Source: a virus (taxonomy: Duplodnaviria; Heunggongvirae; Uroviricota; Caudoviricetes). From it: 64,000 nucleotides of DNA. Positions within the stretch are counted from its first letter, which is position 1. Each line of letters starts with the position of its first letter. Of the stretch, positions 29,390 through 38,840 are shown piece by piece. The stretch is from IMG/VR virus record IMGVR_UViG_3300037313_000650. One strand, 5' to 3'. The notes below the pieces were generated by a model, which was given only the letters and a program-made list of their open reading frames with translations, did no database searches and had not been told where the DNA came from. Made by a program: the position numbers and the translations under genes.

Positions 29390-29698
29390 ATGATAATTGG
29401 CATAAATGGGTATATCGGATCGGGTAAAGATGAAACAGGAAAAATCATACAATATTTTGATTGTAAAAAAAGATATAATCTTGATTATGATTTTAAAGAT
29501 TTCATTGCTTTTAACCATTCTGATTGGGAAATCAAAAAGTTTGCGGGTAAGTTAAAGCAAATAGCTTCTCTACTTACAGGGATTCCTATAGAGAAATTTG
29601 AAGATCAGGAATTTAAAAAGAAAACCTTTAAACAATTAGTAGATGAGGGTTATTTAGATAAAGATTTTATAAAATTATTAAGTAATGTTAATTTATAA
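29390..29698 (+). CDS. deoxynucleoside monophosphate kinase, N-terminal half of a split gene
   Basis: IIGINGYIGSGKD P-loop and KKFAGKLKQIA motif; lacks the REFLQ and DTRF motifs. Confidence 0.85.
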   Translation: MIIGINGYIGSGKDETGKIIQYFDCKKRYNLDYDFKDFIAFNHSDWEIKKFAGKLKQIASLLTGIPIEKFEDQEFKKKTFKQLVDEGYLDKDFIKLLSNVNL

Positions 29699-30359
29699 AA
29701 TTACTAATAAGATTAATGGAAAAATTTATATAGGTCAGACCACAAAATCTAATCTATCATCATATCTAGGAAGTGGTAAAATAATCAAACAAGCAGTTGA
29801 AAAATACGGAAAAGAAAATTTTAGTATAGAAAAGTTGGAGGAATGTTGTTCAAAAAAACACATGAATGAAAGGGAAATTTATTGGATTCGGTTTTTTAGA
29901 TCATCTGAAAAGGGAATTGGTTATAATATATCTAAAGGAGGAAATGGGGGAAATCTTGGACAAGCTGTCAATGAATTAATAAGCAAGGCTGTAAGTGGGG
30001 AAAAGCACAGACTATTTGGAAAATCAAATTTAGCTAGGAAAGGGAAAGGTAGTTGGAACAAAGGTTTAAAGGGAGTTTATTCTTTAAATACAATAGAAAA
30101 AATGAAAGCTCCGAAATCAAATGAACACAGAAAAAAACTTTCAGAAGCAAAAAAAGGTAAGCGTCCTTCTAAAATAGCTTTTCATAATTCATTAATAAAA
30201 AGACAAAAATCTATTATATGTTTAAATACAGGTGAAGTATTTAATTCCATTAAAGAAGCAGAATTAAAAATGCAAGTTAAGGCTTCAAATATTATAGGTG
30301 TTTTAAAAGGACGACTGAATTATATTAAAGGATTAAAATTTATATATAATGATAACTGA
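29685..30359 (+). mobile_element. GIY-YIG homing endonuclease (NUMOD3 and NUMOD1/IENR1-type domains) inserted in the dNMP kinase gene
   Basis: LIYKITNKINGKIYIGQT, YLGSG, REIYWI, GYNI; EHRKKLSEAKKG; ICLNTGEVFNSIKEA. Confidence 0.9.
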
Positions 30360-30801
30360 AAATACAACTATAAGAGAATTTTTACAGTTACTAGGTACTG
30401 AGTGTCTTAGAAATAATTTGCATCCTGACATACATGTTATTTCAACATTCTCGGACTATAAAACTGTTTACACTACAGTTTCAGATAAAGGAAGATTTGA
30501 GAGGGAAGACCTAGACATTAAACCTAACTGGATAATTACTGATACACGTTTTCCTAATGAAGCTGAAGCTATTAAAAGTAGAGGCGGTATAGTAATTAGA
30601 GTAGATAGGAAAGAAGCAGCAGGAGAAGGAGCTATACAGAAAACTGTGAATGGTAAAACCTTTTGGGTTAAAAGTCATGGTCATGCTTCAGAAACATCCC
30701 TTGATGAATACCCCTTTGATTATGTTATAAATAATAATGGTACAATAGAAGAATTAGTAGATAAAGTACAAGAAATGTTAAACCAATTTAATATTAAATA
30801 G
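30349..30801 (+). CDS. deoxynucleoside monophosphate kinase, C-terminal half of a split gene
   Basis: TIREFLQLLGTE, ITDTRFPNEA and HASE motifs; no P-loop. Confidence 0.85.
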   Translation: MITENTTIREFLQLLGTECLRNNLHPDIHVISTFSDYKTVYTTVSDKGRFEREDLDIKPNWIITDTRFPNEAEAIKSRGGIVIRVDRKEAAGEGAIQKTVNGKTFWVKSHGHASETSLDEYPFDYVINNNGTIEELVDKVQEMLNQFNIK

Positions 30802-30802
30802 T

Positions 30803-31150
30803 ATGATAGTTTTAGCCTCCATCCTTAAAATGTTAGGACTCACCTTCCTACAAAATGCATCATTCACTTGGGTAAGTAGAGCAAGAAATGGTGCTTCCAT
30901 CAAGAAACATGTAATTGCAGCAATAGGTAGTAATGGAATTTATTTACTTGTTTTGAGAAACGTATTAATGAATATAGATACTTGGTATCTTATGGTAACT
31001 TATGTTATAGGTACAGTACTTGGTTCTATATCTATGCACTATTTAGCCATGAATTATTTTGAGAAAGATAATTTTAAATTCTCTGAATTATGGAATGATA
31101 TTAAAACATATTATATTAATCTAACTAATAAGATTAATTTTGTTAAATAG
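30803..31150 (+). CDS. small multi-pass membrane protein
   Basis: Three hydrophobic segments in 115 aa. Confidence 0.6.
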   Translation: MIVLASILKMLGLTFLQNASFTWVSRARNGASIKKHVIAAIGSNGIYLLVLRNVLMNIDTWYLMVTYVIGTVLGSISMHYLAMNYFEKDNFKFSELWNDIKTYYINLTNKINFVK

Positions 31151-31176
31151 ATAAAATTTCTTACTTTATTAAACCG

Positions 31177-31207
31177 AAGAGGGGCTATATTTGCAGCCTC
31201 TCTTTTT
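31177..31207 (+). terminator. terminator hairpin whose loop overlaps a TATATTTG promoter element
   Basis: AAGAGGGGCT-ATATTTGC-AGCCTCTCTT then TTT; TATATTTG at 31186-31193. Confidence 0.7.
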
Positions 31208-31226
31208 ATTTAAACTATATTAAAGT

Positions 31227-33797
31227 ATGAACAAACTATTAGAGTATTACAATGGTGATGAATTTGCAGCTAATGTATGGAAAAACAAGTATGCAGCAAA
31301 AGGAGAAGAAACCCCAGATGATATGCATCGAAGATTAGCAAGAGAATTTGCCAAGATTAGGGCTAAAAAAGACCCATCTTTAGGAGAAGCAGATTGGGCA
31401 GAACATTTTTATGAACTATTTAAAGATTTTCAAAGTGTAATTCCTCAAGGTAGGATTATGGCTGGATTAGGTGTAGATGAAAGTTATCGTAGTTTAAGTA
31501 ACTGTTTGAGACTCCCACCACCAAAAGATAGTTATTCTTCTATCATGTATGTAGATACTATGATGGTATCTGCTGCAAAGAGAGGTTGTGGATATGGTGT
31601 AGGTTTATCTAATCTTAGGCCATATTCAGCATCTACAACAAATGCGGCAAATACATCTACAGGTGTAACTACGTTTGGTAATAGGTATTCTAATTCAACA
31701 CATGAAGTAGGACAACAAGGTAGAAGAGGAGCTTGTTTAGAGGATTTAGATATTCGTCATCCTGAATCCGATAATTGGGCAGTAGTTAAGCTAGATAAAA
31801 CTAAATTAACTGGAGCCAATATATCCTTTAAGATGTGGAATGATTTTATGAAAGCTGTTGTTGATGATGAAGATTACATCTTAAGATGGCCTGTAGATAA
31901 AGAGTTGAATATAGCTTATCCTGATCCAAAGCAACTGCCTTACAATAAGTTACTTACTGTAAATAGTGATAAAGAAGATGGTGTAAGGTATATTAAGAAA
32001 GTTAAGGCTAGAGAGTTATGGAATAAATCAATTCATGGTGTATGGGCTGATGGTTGCCCCGGCTTACAGTTTTGGGAGAGAATTGTTAACTATGATCCTG
32101 CAAGTGTATATAAAAAATATGAGATTGATGGCACAAATGCTTGTGGTGAACAACCAAAAGCTATATTTGATACCTGTAGATTACTTGCAGAAAATCTATT
32201 TGGTGTTGTAGATTCTCCCTTTACAGACAAGGCAGTTATTAATTATGAAAGGTTATATAAACAATCATATGAACAACTTGTATTAGGAGATGATTTGGTT
32301 GATCTGGAATGTATTTATGTTCAAAGAATTATAGATAAAGTATTATCTGATCCTGAGCCATTAGAAGAAAAACAAATTGAACTTACTCTTTGGAGAAATG
32401 TTCTGGACATGGCTAAATCTGGTAGAAGGGTTGGTTGTGGTATTACAGGATTAGGTGATATGTTAGCAGCAGTAGGTTTGAAGTATGATAGTGATGAAGC
32501 TTTAAAACTTGTAGATAAAGTGATGTTTATAAAAATGCAAGCAGAACTTACTGCAAGTATTGATTTAGCAGAAAAATACGGTCCATTCAAAGGTTGGGAT
32601 GCTAGTTTAGAATATGAACTTACTGAAGATGGTTATCCTATTTCTGGTAAGAATGAATTTTATGATTTCTTATTAGAGACTTATCCAGAATTAGTAGAAA
32701 GAATGTGTAAAGTTGGTAGAAGAAATGTCAACTGGTCTACTATTGCACCTACAGGAACATTATCTATTGTAGCTAAAGCTGTTAAATATGCTAATATTTC
32801 TTCAGGTTGTGAACCTCAATTTGGTTTATACTTCTTCCGTAATAAGAAAGCTCAAGATAGTGAACCTTATGATTTTATTGATGAAGTAGGAATCAAATGG
32901 AAAACCTACCCTGTTGTAATGGGAGCATTCAAGGATTGGTTTGAAATATATAAAGTAAATAGTAAAAATCTAAAGGATAAACAAATAGAAGATTTATCTA
33001 AAGATGAAATAGATGCTTTATATGAACTATCCCCTTGGTATGGGTCTACAGCAAATGATATAGATTGGGGTAAGAGAGTTGAAATGCAAGCTATACTTCA
33101 GAAATACACTACTTCCGCTATTTCATCTACTATCAATTTACCAAATGATGTAAAAGAAGAAGTAATTTCTGATCTGTATATGCAAGCATGGAAAGCTGGA
33201 TTAAAAGGTATTACTTGTTATAGAGATGGTTCTAAAGGTGGTGTTTTAGTTAAAGAAAAGAAAACAGACTCTTTTGATTATCAGGATGCTGCAAAGAGAC
33301 CTAAGAAACTGGAAGCTGATTTACACATCACTACAGCAAAAGGTAAGAAGTATGCAGTTATAGTTGGTCTTTTCAATCAAAAACCATATGAAATATTTGC
33401 ATTTGAGGCTTCTTCTGAGATATCAAAGGTTGGTAAACTTAAAGGTGAAGTAGTAAAAGCCAAGAAGGGTCATTATAACTTTACTAATGGACAATCAGAC
33501 CATGCTATAAAAGATATACATGTTATAGCAGAAAAAGGACAAGAACAAATGCTTACTAGGTTAATTAGTGGTATGTTAAGACATGGTGCTAAACCTCAAT
33601 TTGTTATGGAACAGATTGATAAATGTGAGTTAGATGTAATTGAATTTGGTTCTGCTATAAAGCGTGTATTGAAGAAGTATGTTAATGAAGATGAATTAGT
33701 TGCAAGAGCTACTTGTGCTGATTGTGGTTCTACTGATCTTAAAATGCAAGAAGGTTGCCTTACATGCAATTCATGTGGCAGTTCAAAATGTGGCTAA
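31227..33797 (+). CDS. nrdJ: class II (B12-dependent) ribonucleotide reductase
   Basis: PQGR, SNC, TNACGEQ, TIAPTG, SSGCEP, SSTIN and KGITCYRDGS motifs; C-terminal CxxC...CxxC...KCG; no class I beta-subunit gene nearby. Confidence 0.9.
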   Translation: MNKLLEYYNGDEFAANVWKNKYAAKGEETPDDMHRRLAREFAKIRAKKDPSLGEADWAEHFYELFKDFQSVIPQGRIMAGLGVDESYRSLSNCLRLPPPKDSYSSIMYVDTMMVSAAKRGCGYGVGLSNLRPYSASTTNAANTSTGVTTFGNRYSNSTHEVGQQGRRGACLEDLDIRHPESDNWAVVKLDKTKLTGANISFKMWNDFMKAVVDDEDYILRWPVDKELNIAYPDPKQLPYNKLLTVNSDKEDGVRYIKKVKARELWNKSIHGVWADGCPGLQFWERIVNYDPASVYKKYEIDGTNACGEQPKAIFDTCRLLAENLFGVVDSPFTDKAVINYERLYKQSYEQLVLGDDLVDLECIYVQRIIDKVLSDPEPLEEKQIELTLWRNVLDMAKSGRRVGCGITGLGDMLAAVGLKYDSDEALKLVDKVMFIKMQAELTASIDLAEKYGPFKGWDASLEYELTEDGYPISGKNEFYDFLLETYPELVERMCKVGRRNVNWSTIAPTGTLSIVAKAVKYANISSGCEPQFGLYFFRNKKAQDSEPYDFIDEVGIKWKTYPVVMGAFKDWFEIYKVNSKNLKDKQIEDLSKDEIDALYELSPWYGSTANDIDWGKRVEMQAILQKYTTSAISSTINLPNDVKEEVISDLYMQAWKAGLKGITCYRDGSKGGVLVKEKKTDSFDYQDAAKRPKKLEADLHITTAKGKKYAVIVGLFNQKPYEIFAFEASSEISKVGKLKGEVVKAKKGHYNFTNGQSDHAIKDIHVIAEKGQEQMLTRLISGMLRHGAKPQFVMEQIDKCELDVIEFGSAIKRVLKKYVNEDELVARATCADCGSTDLKMQEGCLTCNSCGSSKCG

Positions 33798-33814
33798 ATT
33801 ATAGTAAATATGTT

Positions 33815-33841
33815 AAAAGCCTCCTTTAATGGGGGCTTTTT
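33815..33841 (+). terminator. intrinsic terminator
   Basis: AAAAGCCTCC-TTTAAT-GGGGGCTTTT. Confidence 0.8.
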
Positions 33842-33854
33842 CTACTATAATTAT

Positions 33855-33862
33855 TATATTTG
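33855..33862 (+). promoter_or_regulatory. possible -7 promoter element TATATTTG
   Basis: Directly after the terminator and 18 nt before ATG 33881. Confidence 0.5.
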
Positions 33863-33880
33863 TATACTAACATATTAAAT

Positions 33881-34642
33881 ATGGTAACAGGAATAGTTAA
33901 AAAACCATCATTCGAAACAATCAAGTATGACCCTAATCCTAAGGTGCTATTGATTGATGCTGATAGTATTATGTATATAGCAAATCATGGAAATGAGGAT
34001 GATATAGAAATGGGTAAATTCAGGGTAAGGGAATTAATTCAAGATATTATAATTTCTGTACAGGAAAACTTTAAAATAACCCATATACTTATTTTTATTA
34101 AAGGAGAAGATAATTTTAGATATAAGGTAGATAGTACTTATAAATCAAATAGGATAGAGAAGCATCCTAATATTAAACTGCTTTATGAATTTGTATCTAA
34201 AGAATTTCGTACAGTTGCATCAAATGGCGGGGAAGCAGATGATTATATCTTCACGGCATGGAAGTTAGCCAATGGTCAAGCTGTTATTGCTACACAAGAT
34301 AAGGATTTAAAATCAGCCTGTTATGGTGATTTCTATAACTATAGAACTAAACAATTCTCTTATGTATCTGAACAGGAATCTATATATAACTTCAGAATAC
34401 AGTTATTGATTGGAGATGCAGGTGATGGGGTTAATAAGTCAAAGGGCTTCGGTATAGCAAAAGCAAAGAAAGTGTTAAAGGTTGGTATGTCTGAAATAGC
34501 TTTTAAGAAGGAACTTATTAAAGTATATAAAAAATATCATCCAGAAGAGTATAAGAATGTGATAAAAGACGTATATAATTTGTTATGTTTGCACCATGTA
34601 AATGACTTAAATACATTAAATATAGAATATGGCAGAAACTAA
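33881..34642 (+). CDS. 5'-3' exonuclease / flap endonuclease (T7 gp6/T5 FEN-like)
   Basis: LIDADS, YKSNR, EADD, QDKDL and GDAGDGV motifs. Confidence 0.9.
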   Translation: MVTGIVKKPSFETIKYDPNPKVLLIDADSIMYIANHGNEDDIEMGKFRVRELIQDIIISVQENFKITHILIFIKGEDNFRYKVDSTYKSNRIEKHPNIKLLYEFVSKEFRTVASNGGEADDYIFTAWKLANGQAVIATQDKDLKSACYGDFYNYRTKQFSYVSEQESIYNFRIQLLIGDAGDGVNKSKGFGIAKAKKVLKVGMSEIAFKKELIKVYKKYHPEEYKNVIKDVYNLLCLHHVNDLNTLNIEYGRN

Positions 34643-35663
34643 AGAAAAAAAAGAGAAACCAAAAATTCTCAACCTAGATGACTTTACCAAACAATGTAAA
34701 AGTTTATTTGGTAAGAACGTAATTATTGATGCAAATGAAAAAGAGTCCTATGGAGATGTGATTCCTACAACACCTTTTAGCTTATCTAACGCTTTGGGTA
34801 TTGGTGGATTTGCTAAACGTAAGATTTACACTATTGATGGTGATCTTTCCTCTGGAAAGTCAACAACAGCTTATGATGCTATTGGGCAGTGTCAAAAGAA
34901 GTATGGACAGCAATGCCTTTTGATTGACAAGGAAGATTCCTATACAAAGGAATATGGTGCTCTATTGGGTATTGACAACTCCAAACTTACTGTTTTAAAT
35001 CCTCACACTTTAGAAGACATGTACGAGGCTGTAATCATGGCCTTAGAAGCTAACCTGTTTGGTGTAATTGTAGTAGATAGTGTTACTGCATTTGCTCCTG
35101 AAGCAAGATTTGAAGGTAGTGGAATCATGGGTATTGAGGCTAGAGTAAATAGTGATAAGATGCGCTTAGTATCTGATGCTATACAAAACTCCAATACCTG
35201 TCTTATTCTTATTCAGCAAATTAGGGAAAAGATTGGTGGTATGGGTGATCCAACTACTGTATCTGGTGGTAAAGCTATCCCCTTCTATGCTCACGTAAGA
35301 ATTCGTGTAACACGTTCTGAAATTGATAGAGAAAACTGTCAGAACGTAATGAAGTTCACCATTATTAAGAACAAAATGGCTCCTCCATTCAAAGTAGGTA
35401 CAGTGGTGTATAAATGGGGAGTTGGTTTTGATTTCTTCTCTGAAATTGCAGAACTAGCTGTAGAATTTGGTATTATTCGTTGTGAAGGCAAGTCATATTT
35501 TCCACCTGAGACCGATATTAAACTGGTAGGTAAAAAGAAAACCATCCAGTATTTACAGGATAATCCAGATTATACAAAGCAAGTTATTCAACCATTAGTA
35601 GAAGAATATTTAAAGAGTAGTTCTTTAAGAACTGGTGAAGTAGATGAATCAGAACTCCAATAA
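34629..35663 (+). CDS. recA: RecA/UvsX-like recombinase
   Basis: GDLSSGKST Walker A, VVDSV Walker B, IQQIREKIG, GGKAIPFYAHVRI and KNKMAPPFK motifs. Confidence 0.92.
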   Translation: MAETKEKKEKPKILNLDDFTKQCKSLFGKNVIIDANEKESYGDVIPTTPFSLSNALGIGGFAKRKIYTIDGDLSSGKSTTAYDAIGQCQKKYGQQCLLIDKEDSYTKEYGALLGIDNSKLTVLNPHTLEDMYEAVIMALEANLFGVIVVDSVTAFAPEARFEGSGIMGIEARVNSDKMRLVSDAIQNSNTCLILIQQIREKIGGMGDPTTVSGGKAIPFYAHVRIRVTRSEIDRENCQNVMKFTIIKNKMAPPFKVGTVVYKWGVGFDFFSEIAELAVEFGIIRCEGKSYFPPETDIKLVGKKKTIQYLQDNPDYTKQVIQPLVEEYLKSSSLRTGEVDESELQ

Positions 35664-35949
35664 CATAATGCATCTATGGTTCCAGTACCTTTTCGACCAA
35701 AGGAAAGACAGTAATGGGTATGTTAAGTGTTTTGAATGTGGAAAAAGAATGCATGAAGACACATATAAAACCTTGACAACCTGTTACTCTCACTTACTGG
35801 AAAAGAAGAAATATCCAGAATATGCAGGAAATGAGGAGAATGTAGTGATTGTACATCCAGATTGTCATCATCTGTATAGTATGAAACCTAAAAAAGCAGT
35901 AAACCAATATAATTTAAAATTAAAACTAATAGAAAAGTATGGAATTTAA
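35644..35949 (+). CDS. NinG/HNH-like recombination endonuclease
   Basis: CFECG, SHLL, ENV and CH motifs; adjacent to recA. Confidence 0.55.
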   Translation: MNQNSNNIMHLWFQYLFDQRKDSNGYVKCFECGKRMHEDTYKTLTTCYSHLLEKKKYPEYAGNEENVVIVHPDCHHLYSMKPKKAVNQYNLKLKLIEKYGI

Positions 35950-36415
35950 GACTTATCAAAACCTAGCAAAAACTACAGCAGTATATCCAGAACAAGTTAA
36001 ATATTTATACCCTTTGCTTGGTTTGTTTGGAGAAACAGGGGAAATAATTGAGAAGGCTAGAAAGAATATCCACTTCGTTGGACTTAGAGATGCAGTAATT
36101 CCTAAAGAAGCTGCTGATAGGCTAAATAGAATTGATGAAATTCTTTCTACTGTAGTAGAACTTGCTAAAGAAGCAGAAGGTATCAAGAAACATATCAGAA
36201 AGTACGGTCTTGGTGCTGATATTAGTACAATTCTTAGTGGGAGTTCAGAAGATTTACACGAATTGAAAAAGGAGTTGGGAGATCAAATGTGGTATCAAGC
36301 AGCTACCTGTTCTGATTTTGGGCTTGATATGGCAGATGTTGCTTTAACAAACTATAACAAGTTGAAAGATAGAATGGAAAGGAATGTTATCAATGGAAGT
36401 GGGGACTCAAGATAA
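35939..36415 (+). CDS. mazG: MazG-like nucleotide pyrophosphohydrolase
   Basis: LFGETGEIIEK and KELGDQMWY motifs; GSGD-R C-terminus. Confidence 0.85.
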   Translation: MEFKTYQNLAKTTAVYPEQVKYLYPLLGLFGETGEIIEKARKNIHFVGLRDAVIPKEAADRLNRIDEILSTVVELAKEAEGIKKHIRKYGLGADISTILSGSSEDLHELKKELGDQMWYQAATCSDFGLDMADVALTNYNKLKDRMERNVINGSGDSR

Positions 36416-36430
36416 TTAAAATTTAAATCT

Positions 36431-36805
36431 ATGCGTTACTTCAGAAATAAATTGTTTAAACTAGGGTATATGCAGGAGAACCAACTCATTAAGCTTGTTT
36501 ATAGCAAACATGCTGAAGATAGGTTGTATGAAAGAAGTGCGGGTTCTTTGTTTATACTTCCTGAAAGAATACAAATATTAAGAAAGAATGTAACACAAGG
36601 TTGGATTGAAAATGGTAAACTAAAGAAGTTTGAATTTAGAATTCCCTACAATAGTAGGGAGTTCTTATTTCTGATAGTGGTAGATGGATATTTTGTAAAA
36701 ACCTTGTGGTGGGATAAAATAAAATCTGATAGAAATGGAAACAAAATGGATATTCCTACTAATAGTTATAATAGCATTAATAGTTACAGTGATATTAATG
36801 CTTGA
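36431..36805 (+). CDS. hypothetical protein, possible BECR/RelE-fold RNase
   Basis: YSKHAEDRLYER motif; C-terminal VKTLWW strand. Confidence 0.4.
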   Translation: MRYFRNKLFKLGYMQENQLIKLVYSKHAEDRLYERSAGSLFILPERIQILRKNVTQGWIENGKLKKFEFRIPYNSREFLFLIVVDGYFVKTLWWDKIKSDRNGNKMDIPTNSYNSINSYSDINA

Positions 36806-36917
36806 ACCAATACTCGATTTTGATCGAAAGAATGGTCAGTTATTTTTGTGGTTTAATGGTTATGACGGTGAAAGGAAATTTATACTTTTGTGTAATATCG
36901 TAAAGGAAGAACAATGA
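36735..36917 (+). CDS. small membrane-anchored protein
   Basis: N-terminal hydrophobic helix IFLLIVIIALIVTVILML. Confidence 0.5.
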   Translation: METKWIFLLIVIIALIVTVILMLEPILDFDRKNGQLFLWFNGYDGERKFILLCNIVKEEQ

Positions 36918-37066
36918 CAAAATCTAAAAAAGAGGAAGAAAAAGAACTAAAGAAAGAACAAAAGGAGTTGAACGAAGCTAATAAAGCTATAGATGATTTG
37001 GTAAAGAGGGCTAAAGAAAAAGATGCTCTTATTTCTGATACTAAAAGTAATAAAAATGCAAAGTAA
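36914..37066 (+). CDS. 50 aa charged coiled-coil protein (below track cutoff)
   Basis: MTKSKKEEEKELKKEQKELNEANKAIDDLVKRAKE...; ATGA overlap. Confidence 0.55.
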   Translation: MTKSKKEEEKELKKEQKELNEANKAIDDLVKRAKEKDALISDTKSNKNAK

Positions 37067-37493
37067 TTTCTTTTCAAGAAAGGATTTAGGTGGTGTAAAT
37101 CCAGATATTTTTATGGAATCATTACGAAATGCTAATGGTTATTATACACCAGATATTTCAGATATTAGAATCGGATATGAATGTGAAACTAGAGTTGAGC
37201 CATATCCAAATTGGGTAGTCTCTAAAATAGAAAATGTAGAAGATATAGATTTTATATATAATAAAGAATGGGAGGTTAGAACTCCGTTCCTTACAAAGGA
37301 ACAAATAGAAGCAGAGGGGTGGATTTCTAAGATGGAAAATTTCTATGAAAAAGAGGGTTGGAAAATGGAGGTTTATAGCAACTACATTGAAATTCGTAAA
37401 GGAAGTTGGTATCCAGATAATACATATTTTAAGGGTAAATGTCCTTCAATAAATGAATTTAGGTATATTTGTAAATTACTAAGCATTAAATAG
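37056..37493 (+). CDS. hypothetical protein
   Basis: ATG at 37056 preferred over the track start; DIRIGYECE and FLTKEQIEAEGW motifs. Confidence 0.6.
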   Translation: MQSNFFSRKDLGGVNPDIFMESLRNANGYYTPDISDIRIGYECETRVEPYPNWVVSKIENVEDIDFIYNKEWEVRTPFLTKEQIEAEGWISKMENFYEKEGWKMEVYSNYIEIRKGSWYPDNTYFKGKCPSINEFRYICKLLSIK

Positions 37494-38123
37494 GTGTGTA
37501 TGACAGATAAATTAGGTGTATTAAAGAATGAGTATTGGAGTAAGAGTAGAGCATTCTTACTACCACTTACAGGAATGGTAAAGAGTAATGATTATGAGAT
37601 GGATGTTACAGCTTATTTATACTGGAGAGATTATTCTATTGAAAACTATAATCTTATAGTAAAAGTGGAATATGGACATAGATATCCAGAATATTTAGCT
37701 TTTTTATCCAGTAATGTCCTTACAGGAAATAAAGGTTTCATTACAGAAACTTATGACTTTGAAGGATTTAGTGTTCTCATATATGATATTTCTGAATGGG
37801 CATTTGACATAGAGCAATTTATGAAAGGTAAATATTCTAAAATGTCTAAAGAAGCTAAAGAAGTCATAGAAGATTTTCATATATATTATGAGAATAATGA
37901 GCCTAGAGTACGCATTTCTATCTATGGTTGTTTATATCCAAACAGTAAACAGAAAATACTTAATGGTAAAACTTCTTTAGAATATGTATGTGAAGAATAT
38001 GGTTTTGATAAAGATGCTGTCAAAATTATCATGGAAAGAGGAGAAATCTGCTCAATTGTCAATCCAAATCGTGAAACTCTGGTAACTGAAGGACAAATTG
38101 ACAGTAATTTAGTAGTGGATTAA
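37494..38123 (+). CDS. conserved hypothetical protein
   Basis: 209 aa ORF; SKSRAFLLPL and FMKGKYSKMS motifs. Confidence 0.65.
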   Translation: MCMTDKLGVLKNEYWSKSRAFLLPLTGMVKSNDYEMDVTAYLYWRDYSIENYNLIVKVEYGHRYPEYLAFLSSNVLTGNKGFITETYDFEGFSVLIYDISEWAFDIEQFMKGKYSKMSKEAKEVIEDFHIYYENNEPRVRISIYGCLYPNSKQKILNGKTSLEYVCEEYGFDKDAVKIIMERGEICSIVNPNRETLVTEGQIDSNLVVD

Positions 38124-38165
38124 TTTTTGCACTATTAATGTATACTAAACCAAATATTTTAAAGT

Positions 38166-38480
38166 ATGAGAAAATCAAGATTAGAATTATTGTTAGAAAG
38201 TCTTATTAGCGGAGGATATAATTCTCTGGAAAACCACGATCTAAAACAAGAGAAGGTGGAATTTAAAAAAGGTAATTACAAAACAAATTTGTATATGACA
38301 TTTGATAAAACTGGTATTCCTGTGGGATGCTATTATGAAACAGAATATATTCCTTCTGAAACAGAAGTTAAATTAAATGATTTAAATTTGCAGTTGAAAA
38401 AGGCTGTAGAAAAAGAAGATTATTTAAAAGCTGCTGATCTGAAGAAGCAGATTGATGCGCTGGAAAAAACCAACAATTAA
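38166..38480 (+). CDS. protein with C-terminal UVR (UvrB/C) coiled-coil motif
   Basis: LQLKKAVEKEDYLKAADLKKQI. Confidence 0.7.
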   Translation: MRKSRLELLLESLISGGYNSLENHDLKQEKVEFKKGNYKTNLYMTFDKTGIPVGCYYETEYIPSETEVKLNDLNLQLKKAVEKEDYLKAADLKKQIDALEKTNN

Positions 38481-38490
38481 AACCAACTAT

Positions 38491-38519
38491 AGCCCTGTAT
38501 AAATCAGGGCTTTATTTTT
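38491..38519 (+). terminator. intrinsic terminator
   Basis: AGCCCTG-TATAAAT-CAGGGCT followed by a T-rich tail. Confidence 0.75.
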
Positions 38520-38522
38520 ATT

Positions 38523-38840
38523 ATGAGATTTCTAATGCGTGACACTGACTTGTTACATGAGTTAGTAAATAAACAGTTTGAAATAATAGGTGTAGATACT
38601 ACACTAGAAGAGTTAGAAAAGAATGGAAATATGGTAGTTATACAGGAAGGGAAGAAAGAAAAGAAGATAGAATGGTGGCATTATTACCATTTTGATAGCT
38701 GGATGGAATATGATAAATGGATAGATTGGTGTACTAAACAGCTTGCAGAAGTTTATGAACCAGAAGTTTTGAAATTAGAACTAAATTTCTTAGATTTGGC
38801 ATACGGTTTAAAAGTAAGGATAAAAAAAGAGGTGGCTTAA
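38523..38840 (+). CDS. hypothetical protein, last gene of the + strand block
   Basis: 105 aa ORF whose stop lies in the convergent terminator loop. Confidence 0.6.
   Translation: MRFLMRDTDLLHELVNKQFEIIGVDTTLEELEKNGNMVVIQEGKKEKKIEWWHYYHFDSWMEYDKWIDWCTKQLAEVYEPEVLKLELNFLDLAYGLKVRIKKEVA

Noticed and set aside
29600-30400. Group I intron in the dNMP kinase gene
   Set aside because: The endonuclease ORF overlaps both flanking ORFs, leaving no room for a ribozyme core, and no P7-type conserved elements were seen. An Infernal search would be decisive.
31227-33797. Intein in NrdJ or other replication enzymes
   Set aside because: Catalytic motifs are collinear with no large insertion, and there are no C/S...HN-C/S/T splice signatures.
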